Positions 12,459-24,929 of a stretch of DNA of 64,000 nt are shown here, one piece after another. Positions within the stretch are counted from its first letter, which is position 1; every line of letters starts with the position of its first letter. A model generated the notes under the pieces. The model did not search any database. It saw nothing but the letters and a program-made list of their open reading frames with translations, and was not told the origin of the DNA. The DNA is from Eledone cirrhosa (Eukaryota): the NCBI GenBank assembly GCA_964016885.1, contig OZ024741.1, positions 145,576,001-145,640,000 of the forward strand, read 5' to 3'. Made by a program: the position numbers and the translations under genes.

Positions 12459-14699
12459 TTTTTCATTGCCCTGACAATGCTAAACCCAGTTTCAGCAAAA
12501 GCATGGCCTTAAAATGTTGCTTGTGTTGCATGTATCTTTAATGTAACAGATTTCCGGCTATGCTGCCCTAACTTGTATTTGGTTGATCATAGACTTTTTT
12601 TTACAGTAGATCTGAGACATAATACAAAAATTATCTTAATACTTTTTGGTTGGTATATGATTATTTATAGTAACGAGTTAAAAATATGCACATCATAGAA
12701 TTGCTTCCACACATTAAAAATTAAATGTGACATTGCTTACTATTCATTTTGATTGTGAGGAGACCTACTTGAATATTATACTTACATTATATTTAATGTA
12801 TCATCATTGTCATCATCACTATTTAACATGCATGATCGTAAAAAGTGGGATGTTATTTAAATTAATGTAATCATGGTTACATAAAGATAGACAGATTTTT
12901 TTAATTACTTATGTCAGTTACAAAATCTGTACTGATTTACTGTTGCTGTAACTTAAAAGATTTGACAAAGGAAAATAGCAAAACAGCAGCTTATATTAAC
13001 TCCTTTGATAACAAATATGCCAAAACCAGCTCTGGCTCAATGAAACAAAGCTATCTATTTTAAAGAATATTTAAATTAAAATCTTCCAACATAATTTTAT
13101 ATATGAACAATATATTAAGTTACAATCTTAATAATAAGATAATTAATAATTTAAGTAAGTCCCTCAAAATTCTTCTTTGATTAAAAATACAGTGACCAAA
13201 GACTATTCACAGCTTTGTGTGGTTTGTTGAAACTATCACTTATGACAATGAATGTTACAATTGACTGGTAGTAAAATTATCATGCCAGTGGCTAAGCATT
13301 CTGCAGACATATATTCTTAACATAGTTTTTAAGAAGATTCAGCATGATATATTGTGTGACAAATTTGGCCCTGAGTATAAACTCAGGTGGAAAAAAATTG
13401 GAGAGGCATAGAATAAAAAAGGTCATGCCTCCAGGAATCAAACTCATGACCTTATGATTGTGAGACAAGCGCCTTAGCCATTAAACTGAATAACTACCTA
13501 CCATGTCATATATATATTTGAACATGTTGACCAGGCTAACAACAGCAAACGTCTATTATCTAGTAGAAGTCTTATAGTATCACTGAAAGAGAAACATCAT
13601 CTTTCAATTAACTTCTCATCTACAAAATACCCTATGTACATTTGATAAACTCTAGAACTTGTATTAGACTTCACATTCCTTGCTTGTAACTTGATTCCAC
13701 AAAATGTCCTTAACTATTATTATGGAAGATTAATTTATGAGTCCCCAGTGTAAAATTGTAATATAATCCAAGTGTACTAGCATGGAAGCCTCACACAAAC
13801 ACTGCATCATCATGTGAGATCGTTTGCCCATTAATATCTATTAATTCCAATTCTTCAATAGAGATTAAGGTGCCACAAGTATTTATTCATTATCTTCTAT
13901 ATAACTCATTTGAGCAAGAAGTATCAAACTTGCTTCGTTATCAACATTAATAATTTAGTTAGCAGGCTAGGATAAACTCAGATTTCTTGAGGAAGTTGAA
14001 GAGAAATTATTGCTTTGCAATAAATCATTAATATAGTTTCTTATAAGAGAAGACAGGAAAGACTTTTTCCAAAAGTTTTATTAGATTTTCTAATGTAATG
14101 CAGTTGGCATTGGAGACTGAAATACTTTGAGTTTTCAATTACAACTATATGGCTGGCTTTTATAAAACACTTTGTCTTTTTGTAAAAATATTGTCACTTC
14201 TGCTTTCATAGAAAAACTGACAACTTTGAAAATTTCTCCACCAATATATTCCATAAGACTTAACTATATATATATGTGGTTATCTTTCCATCATGTCAAT
14301 CTCTCCATCTATCTCTCACTTGTTCTAATTATTTTTTCAGGCATGAAAAAGTAATAAAACACCAAGTAAAATGTACAAACTACAAATTGATTGCTAAGAA
14401 AGTACAAGTTGTCAACGATGTTCAGAAATATTGGAATGTGTGGTGAATTCTAACACATCTGATATATAAATAATGAACACTATAACTATAAATGAAAGCA
14501 TAGGGTTTCGTGGTTATGTTGTTCAGCTGACAATCATAAGGTCATGTGCTTGATTTTTGGACCAGGCAGCATGTTGCATCCTTCAATAAGACTATAATTC
14601 ACAGCTGACAAAAGGCATTATATCATTCAATTAGAATGCTAATTCATGTTGAAGTAGATTTACATATATTGTATAAAGTGACTAACTGGCAACCTCATA

Positions 14700-15780
14700 T
14701 CTGCCTAGGTTGGAGTGTAGCAGTGTACATGATGGATCCAGTATGATACCATTTGCTGATCTGTCAGCACATAGCAAGATGCAGAGAAACATGGAGCAAT
14801 ATCATATCATCAAAGTTTGTATTAAACTTAAGAAATAGACAAACAAGAAGCCTGTAGAATGTGACAAGAGGTCTATGGGGTGATTTGATAAATAAAGTAA
14901 GTTTCTACAGATGAATGCAGATCTGGAGCACTAAACAACACATGAAAGAAGCAAAGCATTGAGGAACTGCAAATGTTAGTGATGCAAGACTGCCGAGCTA
15001 CTGTGAGGATGATATCTGAATCTGTTGGTATCAGTATAGGCTCAGTGGAGACAATTCTGACCAACGATTTGGAGCTCCACAAAGTTCATGCTAAAGATGC
15101 TCTCCGATTACCTGAGGCAATTTCATATGAAATGTTGCACAAGCATTCTCAATATGATAGAGGCTGATTCTGATTTCCAGAATAAAATTGTGACTTGTGA
15201 CATGAGTTGGGCATTCTTCTGAGAGCTAACACCAAAGTACCCAGTGGAAGCATGTGTCCTCTCCAAGGCTAAAGAAGGCAAAGATGAGTAAGTCACAAGA
15301 GAAGACCATGGCCATTCCATTCTTCAGCTCCCAGGGTCTAATTCATGCTGACTAAGTTTGTAGGGTCAAACCATCGATAAGTATTATTAACTTAAAGTTC
15401 TGGAAAGGTTCAGAGAGATGGTGGGGAAGGAGAGGCTGCATCTGTGGTAGTTCCACCAGGACAATGCCTCATGCTATAAGTCAATGTTAGTGATTGCCTG
15501 TTTGACCGATGGGGAAACGAAAGTGGTACAACCCCTAACCTACAGCCTAGATCTGACATCATGTGACTTCCTCCTGTTCCGACACATGAAAGGCAGCCTC
15601 AGGGAAATCAGATTTGAGTCAACACAGGAGCTGAAGGAGGCACTGGTGAATTTCCTGATGGGATTGCAGAAGGACTGTGAAGAGGTATTTATTTTGAAGG
15701 AGACAAAGTTGTGTAAGCTTGCAAATAGAAATAATGTCTTGCCTGAAGTTTTCCCAATACTTATTGAACATACATCATAT
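14700..15780 (+). pseudogene. mariner transposase pseudogene (second family)
   Basis: MEQYHIIKVCIKL, DCRATVRMISESVGISIGSVETILTNDL, IVTCDESW, HQDNA, YSLDLTSCDFLLFRHMKGSL. TIR-like end CCCAATACTTATTGAACATACATCATA. Confidence 0.88.
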
Positions 15781-16249
15781 TATACAAATCTCAGGTCTGG
15801 GCTCCAAAATTAAAATTAGCGCCCCAGTGGTTGACATTGAGGAAGTCCCCACTACATTACACAAAAACTGTTTCCTTATAAACACCAAAATCATATGTTC
15901 ACCAATATAATTTCTTCAATGACAACCCTCCTTAGCTTCCCACCAAAATTTCTGCTCCCTTCCCTTGTCATCAATCAAAACGCTTAACTGTACTCTCTCT
16001 CTTGTCACCTCTTTTTGTGTTAACTCTGAGAACTATCAATATGTCCATATTTCTATCCACTTCAGAACCACATCACACCTCATATTGCTTTCTTCTGCCT
16101 ATCTACTCTAATATTTTACTTATCTTCAATTTCTTCAAAATCAACACACACACATAACAATTCCACTCGCTATATTACGTTATGAATTGGCAGATTCATT
16201 AGAATATCAGACAAAATGCCTTGTGGTATTTGAATGCTGATGTTATAGT

Positions 16250-16520
16250 TGAGGCATGTGGCCTAGTGGTAAGGGTGTTGGACTTATGATCATAATGTTG
16301 TGGGTTAAATTCCTGGGTGCGTGTTGTGTTCTTGAGCAAAACACTTCATTTCATGTTGCTCCAGTATACTCAGCTGAAAATGAGTACCTGCAATAGCTGG
16401 GGGTTTGCGATGGACTGACATCCTATCCAGGGTGGAGTCTTGTACTCTCAGACACTGCACACCATGAAACTGGGATAAACACCGGCCAAATGAGCCTTTT
16501 GGCTTAAGACAGTCTTTAGA
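16250..16520 (+). mobile_element. tRNA-derived SINE
   Basis: A-box TGGCCTAGTGG, B-box GGTTAAATTCC, then TTCTTGAGCAAAACACTT body. Confidence 0.75.
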
Positions 16521-17193
16521 CTTAGTTATAGTAGTAAGCACTGGTAGTTCACACAGCTGAATTGAACTTAGAACCATTTAGTTGTGAAGCAAACTTCCTG
16601 ACTTTACGGCCAAGCCTGTACACTAATGTATCAATTCAGCCAAATTCATTGTTGCTGTACTTACAGAATGAAATAGTATCACAGAATAGTGAGACAGAAC
16701 CTAGAACCCTTTAGTTGTGAAGCAAACTTCTCAACCTTATAGCCATGCCTCTATCATAACCTACCACTCTACTATATCAGCTTAACCAGTTCTACTATTT
16801 CTACACGTGCAGAATTAAAAAAACATCATATATATTAATAAATGATCAAATAGAAAATGTAACAGCAGATAATAATGTAAAGATTAGAACTAAAGAGATA
16901 TGTATGTCATAGTAGAAATAAATAAATAAAAAAAGAATGTAAAAGCTTCCTTAACTTTTTCTTCTGGCATAAAATATTACTGAGGTTCACAGTAAGCTGT
17001 CATTCAAGAATCAAGAATTAGATTTGAAGATTATGTTCTCTACCGGTGAAGACAAAAAGATTCAACTATGACAAAGCTAAAATAAGATTGAGACAGACTT
17101 CAAAAGCTGAAGTTGTACATTGGAAGTAGCTAATATTAATTAAAGATTGTCATATTACTACAGTGTGTGTGTATATATATATATATATGTATG

Positions 17194-17241
<48 letters not shown>

Positions 17242-17798
17242 GAGAGAGAGAGAATAAGAAAAACCGAAGTAGTTTCAGATGTTAAAGTCCATTAATGATA
17301 ATGCTGTGATACATATCAATGATGGCAGTGGCCACACGCTTCGGTGTGCCCAGTGCCGTGACATCATCAGACAGCGTCTTACATAATACGGTTATGTTTC
17401 CGAGGCAATCCAAATTATCATCAGATAACGAATTTTTATATGCACTTTAAATGGACAAAATTGACAATCATCTTAACCACTTATACCCTCATTTCCATAC
17501 AGTTTACCTTCCTTGTATATGTTTCTCATATATATCTCCTATCTCATTTTACATATATATTTTCTATCTCATTTTGCATCTATGTATTTTTTGTTTTGAT
17601 TCATGTGATAGAGATATTAACTATGTATTTGCCTAACTACTACGTTTCATACTGTAATTTACCCTCCGTTCTACTGTACGTTCAATATATCGTTCAATAT
17701 ATAGACAATATATCTGTAATATTGATCGCCCTTTCAAAACTTCTTACTATAATTTAAACATTCCCTATTTATTAGTTATTATATATACATATATTTTT

Positions 17799-17989
17799 AG
17801 GGCGGTGAATTGGCAGTATTGGTAGAGGGTCGGACACCATGCTTTGACGCATAGAGTTACGGCCCTTGCCATTCTGAGTTCAAATCCCGCCAAGGTTGAC
17901 TTTGCCTTTCATACTTACGGGGTCGATAAAATAAAGTACCAGTAATACACTGGGTAATTGCTAGCCTTGTGCCTAAAGTAGAAACAATT
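17799..17989 (+). mobile_element. SINE family A (Nin-domain-like), full length
   Basis: GGCGGTGAATTGGCAG head, B-box GAGTTCAAATCC, GCCTTTCAT..CGGGGTCGATAAAATAAAGTACCAG. Confidence 0.85.
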
Positions 17990-18487
17990 ATATGTACATA
18001 TATTTTTTTTACTTACTTCAATCTAGATTCTAACTTGTAATTTTTTTTTAATTTTTGATTTTTAATTTTTAATTTTAATTTCTCAATCATAATTTCCACT
18101 GTGAAACCATAATACCTAGAAATAAGTATATATTCTCTTAGCGGGTGATGGTCAATTCTATTGTCCATGCTTAATTTAGGGTAGTATTGAGACCTATTGA
18201 AACTAATACTCTCCCACCCCCACTGGCAGGGTGACTAGCAGTAAACTATAACCATGTCATATTACAGACCTGGATGGGGTGATTGTTTGGTTGAGAGGGG
18301 GACTTGCCTAGGCGAGTTTTGTAGAACTTTGGGGTAGTTGATGGTCAACTTCCTTCGGACTTGCGCCTGCGCAGACTGGTGGGGGTGAATTGGGACTCAC
18401 AGGGGAACGGGCGAAGAATTCAAGAGCACACGCTTTGTCCGTTCCCATGTCGATTCAATTTGGAAACATAACCTTATTATGTAAGAG

Positions 18488-18562
18488 GCTGTCTGATGAT
18501 GTCACGGCACTGGGCATACCGAACCGTGTGGCCACTGTCGTCAGTGAAATATATATCACAGC
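18488..18562 (+). ncRNA. type I hammerhead ribozyme
   Basis: GCTGT-CTGATGA-(long stem II, ACGGCA/TGTCGT, TGG/CCA, CATAC/GTGTG)-GAAA-TATATATC|ACAGC. Stem I is 5 bp and the cleavage triplet is AUC. Confidence 0.7.
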
Positions 18563-18717
18563 ATTATCATTAAAGGACTTTAACATCTGAAACTACTTCG
18601 CTTTTTCTTTTTCGATATATACTCCGTCACTCCTATATGTAAAAAGTACGTTGAGTGCTTGAGTGGAATTACATCAATATTTACCTTAAGTATGTATATA
18701 TATATACACATACATAT

Positions 18718-19522
18718 AGGAAGGAAAATAGGGCACAGTTCCCCTCTGAGAAATGGCCATGCTCAGTGTCTAGGAAAGGAATAGGCAGAAATTCCATTTT
18801 ATGTCCCAAATGCAAAGTATTGGTGCATAAAAGATGTAGTGGGATCACAGGTAGCTATCTAAGAACATAGATTTTATATGTGGCCGGTGTTCAGGTGCAA
18901 TAAGTAGCAAGCGCCCACAGGACGCTAGCTCCTTCTATTGCCCAGATGGCTCTATAGAAATAGTAAACACCTTCCGTTACCTGGGTGACAAAATCACCAA
19001 TGGTGGAGGGTGCTCTGAAAGTATAGTAGCTAGAGTCAGAACGGGATGGAAAAAGTTCAGAGAGCTTATACCACTATTGGCCGCTAAAGGTTTCTCTCTA
19101 AAAATGAAAGGCAGACTGTATGATGCCTGCATACGAACAGCAATGTTACATGGCAGTGAGACCTGGGCATTGTGTGCAGAGGATATATGCAGACTGGAGA
19201 GGAACGAAGCTTGCATGCTCCAGTGGATGTGTAATAGTAATATACGTGAATGGCAAAGCATAAATGAACTAAGGGAGAAATTAGGAATAAGAGGGATCAG
19301 ATGTTGTTTACTCGAGAGAAGACTACGTTGGTATGGTCACATGGTGCGCATGAAAAACGACAGCTGTATAAAAAAGTGCAGGGCGATAAAAATAGACGGT
19401 AGCCACGGAGTAGGCAGACCCAGAAAAACCTGGGACGACTTGATAAATTCCGACCTCACACACTTACACCTCTCTAAGACAATGTCACAGGACCGAGATC
19501 TTTGGCGCCACACAATAATACA
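18718..19522 (+). pseudogene. RTE LINE RT C-terminal fragment
   Basis: KWPCSV..SILCPKCKVLVHKRC, FRYLGD, RRLRWYGH, GRPRKTW. Homologous to 57000-57830. Confidence 0.92.
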
Positions 19523-20837
19523 GAAAATACCCGGCGTTGCCCGGGTGTAAGTCGACCTTTGGTCTGTTAGAATGTGTGAAAGTTACTTCCCGCGCATCAC
19601 AGGTTCAAAACTTCGAACTTCAATGGAAAAAAATAGGTTAGTAGACACAGGTTTGTAATTTATTAATTGTAGTTACACAGTGTATCGTTGAAATTGTTCT
19701 CTGCACGACTGATGGAAGTCAAAATCGCTTGATATTGAATGTTCAGTTAATTTAAAGCAGGGTGAAAATGTCGATTACTTTCAGGTTTGTTTTTTTTTTA
19801 CAATTTTTGCGCTCAGATGTGCAGAAGAATTAAAAGGGCCTTTATCTTAACCGCGGCATAATGGCGAGTCTTTTGTGACAGTTTTCAAGAATATAGGACG
19901 TTCCTGTAAAAAGTTTTCCCATGTGTAACTTTGCCATGTTTTTTTGCGCAAAGTCGAGCCCCGCTTCAGTTTTATTGATTTTTTACATCAATGCGTGATC
20001 TCTGAAGTAGATTTGAGTAGCTAAAAACCTGTCCCGGTAAATTTGCTATAGGTGAAAAAAAGTTGATCAAAATTGTATCTAGGGTTATTGCCCTTTGCCA
20101 CAGCCTCAAGCCTCGTCTGACGGGATGTTGGTGATTCCTCCGTCAGCGCTTGTTGGCGACGAAGGCGAACATTAGCAAGCCTTGTCGTACGTGATGTTGG
20201 TGACTCAACCAGCCGGGAAAGACGTCTATGAGCGAGTCGAGATTCGCGCTCAGCAGGTGTTTCCTAGAGAAAATTAATTAATTCTACTGGTTAGCTAGGC
20301 CAATGGCAGTGTCAATAGTAAATGAGAAAAGTCTCACATGAACAAAAGGGAATCAAGGTAAGACAATAAATTTAATATAACTACGATTAGAATGTAGTTG
20401 CTTAAAAGTGGTGACAGTTAGGATAAACGCAGTACTTGTTAACATTAAGGGAGAATATTGCATAAAGGATTAATCAATTGTGAATGAACTCATACCTGAG
20501 AACGCCTAATTCGTTGTCTCAAAGCAATAGCTGTACCTTTTTTGGAGGTAAGTCTTGAACGTTTCCGTGTGGGCATAACGACGTTTAACGAAGCTGTTAG
20601 GTGAGAGAGAGGTGATTAAATACAGAGAGAGATGACACCAGATTCGTTAGCATGGTTACTGGTGAATGGGAAGGTTTGGAAATATGATTACAATAACTTA
20701 CCGAATTTTCCCGTCTATAAATTGCACTTAAAATAATTAAATTTAATAAAAAAACAGCTCTGCGCTTTATACTCCGGTGAGCCTTATGTATAAATAATAC
20801 AATGGTAATCAATCATGGCTCTAACAGAAGTAATAGA
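19521..20837 (-). mobile_element. Helitron with decayed RepHel N-terminal coding remnant
   Basis: Minus strand starts TCTATTAC and has the 3' hairpin CCCGGGCAACGCCGGG (19530-19545). Internal frame ETPAERESRL..ESPTSRTTRL..ESPTSRQTRL and a HGKVT remnant. Confidence 0.7.
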
Positions 20838-20838
20838 T

Positions 20839-22029
20839 CTAGACTAAAAGTAAAGAAGATAGCATTTTCCTGGTTGGCCTTACACGCCGTTGCGCGGACC
20901 TGATTTTAAATGATACGCCTTATATCCTGGTGAGCCTTATAGAGCGGAAAATATCTATTGGAAAAGAATACGAATTCATGACCAAGGTGTGACAAAATAG
21001 GCGTCTATACAGCGCCTGAAACAAACTTGTCTGAAACCCTAGGATTTTTCTCGTTAAGTATCCACCCAAAAGGAACCGTTTTTTAGTTACAAAAAATAAC
21101 CAAAGTGTATAGTAGCTATATTTCTGATATATCATGCCAAAAAGAACAATATATTCAAAAAATGTTCTAAAGTACATTCAATCTCTCTTTTTGACCGATA
21201 TCTTAATAAGCAAGTTATCGATTTTTTATTGGCTATCAGTGTCTATCTGCATGCAGGTGTGCACGTGTGCGCAATTAATTGCAAATACGCTCATAACATT
21301 TAGTCGTAAGCAGAACAAAAAATGCCATTAGAGGTGGGCTAATAATGAAGACACAAACCCTGGTGAACTTACGTTTAAACACCCGAAAAGTTACTCACTT
21401 CCTGTGCAAAAGACTGTATTATAAATTAAGTAATTTTTTAGAATCTTTTGTTTAAAAAAGGAAAACATTGGTACGGAAGTAACATTTTTTACAACTTTGT
21501 ATGTGTACAATACAACTTGGTCAACGTATTATTTAGTAATTTTTTTTTCAAAAAGCATGATTATTTAAGACTGTTTGAAAATTTACTCACAGCTTTTAGG
21601 TTCACAAAAGACACCATTAAATTTGGTTCCCTTTTCAGATAGGGATAATACTGTATTTCCACTTGAATAAGGTGGAATATGAAAAGATAAACTCTTTAAT
21701 GGTCGGTCGTTTACTGAGACAGCTGGGAAGACATGCATCTGGCCGTCCAATCAATAACGCACGTCCTTATATGGGCATATGAAATTTATTTGTATTGCGC
21801 CAGATGTAAACTAAGAGTTCTTGTGTTCGAATTCACATAAAATTTCATTGGAATCGAAAAACATTCTCTCATAGGGCCGATTACCGATTTTTCGAAAATT
21901 TCAAGTAGCCTATTCCACTCTACGCGTTGAGTTTTATATGTGTGTGAGGTTTCATGAAAATTGGATGAACGGTGTAGCATGCAAGTTCGGTACACTAAAC
22001 AATGTCCATCTTCCCTTTATATATATAGA
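20839..22029 (-). mobile_element. non-autonomous Helitron
   Basis: Minus strand starts A|TCTATATATATAAAG, has a CCGCGCAACGGCG hairpin near the 3' end and CTAG at 20839-20842. Confidence 0.65.
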
Positions 22030-22040
22030 TATATATAAAC

Positions 22041-22085
<45 letters not shown>

Positions 22086-22193
22086 CAGAATTGATATTCA
22101 ATTTGTTGGTATTTCAACAAATATAAATGTTTATAACGGATTTAGAGCACTCAACAAGTTTTCTGGAGTATAATATATGGAAACTATATTTAT

Positions 22194-22368
22194 GGCAGTA
22201 TCGGTAGAGGGTTGGACGCCATGCTCTCTAGCATAGTTACGTCCCTTTACAGTCTGAGTTCAAATCTCGCCGAGGTTAACTTTGCCTTTCATCCTTACGG
22301 GGTCGATAAAATAAAGTACCAGTAATGTACTGGGTAATTGCTGGCCTTGTGCCTAAAGTAGAAACAAT
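22194..22368 (+). mobile_element. SINE family A (Nin-domain-like)
   Basis: Homologous to 17799-17989 and interrupts the palindrome arm. Confidence 0.85.
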
Positions 22369-22566
22369 TATATATATTTCAAGGGTACCAACATTTTGGT
22401 ACGCTATCATCAGATAAAATACGAAGTGTGTTTTATAAATTTTGACATAACCAAGGAGAATATACGTTAGCGGTTCAAGTTATCCCTGGATTGTCTACCC
22501 AGGGATAACTTGAACCGCTAACGTATATTCTCCTTGGTTATGTCAACATTTATAAAACACACTTCG

Positions 22567-22627
22567 TATTTTATCTGATGATAGCGTACCAAAATTTTGC
22601 TACCCTTGAAATATATATAATAGAATA
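22567..22627 (+). ncRNA. type I hammerhead ribozyme
   Basis: TATTTTAT-CTGATGA-stem II-GAAA-TATATATA|ATAGAATA. Stem I is 8 bp (one G-U) and stem III is palindromic. Confidence 0.75.
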
Positions 22628-22889
22628 AATATGGTTTTATAAATATAGTTTCCATTTATTTAATATCATTGTATATTTATATATACATATATATATACGT
22701 ATTTATATATATATGTGTATATATATATATATCTTCTGATTTAGCCTAAGAAAATATCTATATGCGTGTGTAATTTATACAAGCATATATTTATTTTTTT
22801 ATTTTCAATTGAGTTCTTAATCACGTTGGATTGATAATGTTTTCAAAAAAACTAATTAACCCGCGTGTATATTATTTTTTTTCCTCATT

Positions 22890-23032
22890 TCGTGGATCGT
22901 GGATTGTCTCCCCTTCCCGCTTCGTGTCGCTATGATACTTCCTCAGCCAAAAACTGCTGGAATTTCAAATTTGGCGGTCATTCGAGGCGAGAGAGAGTGA
23001 CTTTACGGACACGATTTTTGACAGCGGTAAGA
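22890..23032 (+). promoter_or_regulatory. candidate CpG-rich promoter/first exon
   Basis: Local CpG enrichment, TTCCCGC, TTCAAATTTGGCGG (CHR plus E2F-like), donor-like GCG|GTAAGA at 23026/23027. Confidence 0.35.
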
Positions 23033-23456
23033 AATTATTTTCTTATATCAAAGTTTAACGGGCTTCCACTGATGATTTATAAGTGCCCACCTAAATATAT
23101 TCTTACATGAATATATATTAGGCTTCTACATAAACTGGAAACATTCTCCCAACTTGTAGAAAACTTATAATGAAACAATTGTTTGGAAAGAGATATACTT
23201 TAACTTTAATTATACCTCATAAAATAATACAACTGGCTTTTCCACATTATACATATTGTTAGCACCCCAAACACTAAAATTGGGTTTATATTTAAATATA
23301 ACCCAATGTTTGTTGAGTGAGATGGTTACCAGTCAGAGTTTAGTTTTAAACTATCTCTGTTATTGTATTACATATATATATATATATATATATATATACG
23401 TATATATATATATATATACATTTGAAAATTGCAAACTTGACTGTCACCACCGAATA

Positions 23457-23495
23457 TGAAACTGAAGATTGCGAAAGCATGGAAGTACTTTTTCA
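23457..23495 (+). ncRNA. minimal type I hammerhead (one core substitution)
   Basis: TGAAA-CTGAAGA-T-TGC-GAAA-GCA-T-GGAA-GTACTT|TTTCA. GGAA replaces GAAA. Confidence 0.6.
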
Positions 23496-23719
23496 ATTAA
23501 CATTTAACATTTAATATTCTACCATAATATTTCATTATAATATCATAATTTTTAAGGATTGCAAATAAAATGAGTAAATCAGACAAAGTTGGAATTCCTT
23601 TTATTAATATAATCTTCTATACACAATCATACACACCTGTGTATATTTATTTATCTATCTATCTATCTATCTATCTCTCTCTCTATATATATATATACGT
23701 TTATATATATATATTTATT

Positions 23720-24929
23720 TATAACACCGATGAATTAGTTTTGCGAGGTTTTTGATCAGAGTATACGAAGAGCCACGGAGAAGTATAAGACCCTCATAGA
23801 ACTGGACATGAAAAGAATTTGTCCATTTTACAGGAGCAAATCATGGAATAGCTTAGATAGGACTAAACATAAGATAGGGAAAGCCACCTCATGGTACAAC
23901 AACTAGAGATACCAGAGTGTCATGTTTGGAGGAAATTAGCTAAACAGTGTAGAAAGGCCCTGAGAAAGATTAAGGTGGTAGAAAAGCCAGGAACCACCAT
24001 AAAATACCTGATCTGCAAAACCTACTCTTTTAAGAAAACCCACTGTACTAATAGGAAATGTATCATATGTAAAGTAAACCCCCGGATAAACTGTAAAACT
24101 AGAAATGTAGTCTATAGCGTAAGATGTACAGAAAGTACTTGCAGAAACATGACAACAGCATACATAGGCAAGACAGCTCGTAGCATAGGTGAAATGATAG
24201 ACCAACACTGGGGGGAACTAAAAGGATGAAAAAACAGTTCAGTACTATACGGACATGTCAGACAACAACACGACGGTAACATAGACAACATAGAAATTAG
24301 AATAATATCTAAACATAGAAATGACTCAGCAGATAGGCAAATCAGAGAGGCCAGCGAAATAGAACTTAGAAGGCCAAGGCTAAACAGAAAAAATGAATGG
24401 AATAACAACAACACCCAAACAAACAACACTGACCTAAGAGAAGTATAAATAAATAAATAAATAAATACACAAGCACAATAACAACAAACACATATAAACA
24501 CACACTAGTAAACTAAGATAGAATACAATAACCAATACACAGTCACCCAAACATGAACACACATCAAACAAAACACTATACACACACGCAAATGCATGCG
24601 CAGAGAAGACAATAAAATAAACAAATAAATAAATAAATAAACAGACTAAATAAAGATGGCGTAGGCATACAATGCAACTGGAGGAAACATAATAGCACCA
24701 CTGACGATGTTGCCGATGTGCAACGAAAGAACTATATATATGTGTTTGTGTCTGTATTGTATCTGTGTTTTTTACCGTTGGTCAGTCAATGGTAACATTG
24801 AGGACCGAATAAATTAAATTAACCGATATAAAGGACACAGAAGCGAAAAGCAACCAAACAGTGAGTGTGTTCTGTTATTAATTCTGGCAATATTATTACA
24901 CAAATATGACCCTCCCCAAGTATAACAAT
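23720..24929 (+). mobile_element. Penelope-like element 3' fragment (GIY-YIG + 3' repeat)
   Basis: IKVVEKPGTTIK, CTNRKCIIC, NCKTRNVVYSVRC, YIGKTARSIGE, RQIREASEI..LNRKNEW. Ends ATGACCCTCCCCAAGTATAACAATA(TA)n, like 10797-10822. Confidence 0.9.

Larger units (their letters stand above)
17255..18692 (+). mobile_element. inverted-repeat element carrying a hammerhead ribozyme (probably PLE-derived)
   Basis: About 145-bp inverted arms at 17257-17401 and 18462-18608, an ~80-nt extra tail on the right, and microsatellite flanks. Confidence 0.75.
22085..22672 (-). mobile_element. palindromic hammerhead-bearing element (family H1)
   Basis: Near-perfect inverted arms at 22368-22489 and 22499-22620 with a 9-nt spacer. 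The left arm resumes at 22179-22193 beyond a SINE. Same family as 53985-54280. TA-tract flanks. Confidence 0.85.
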
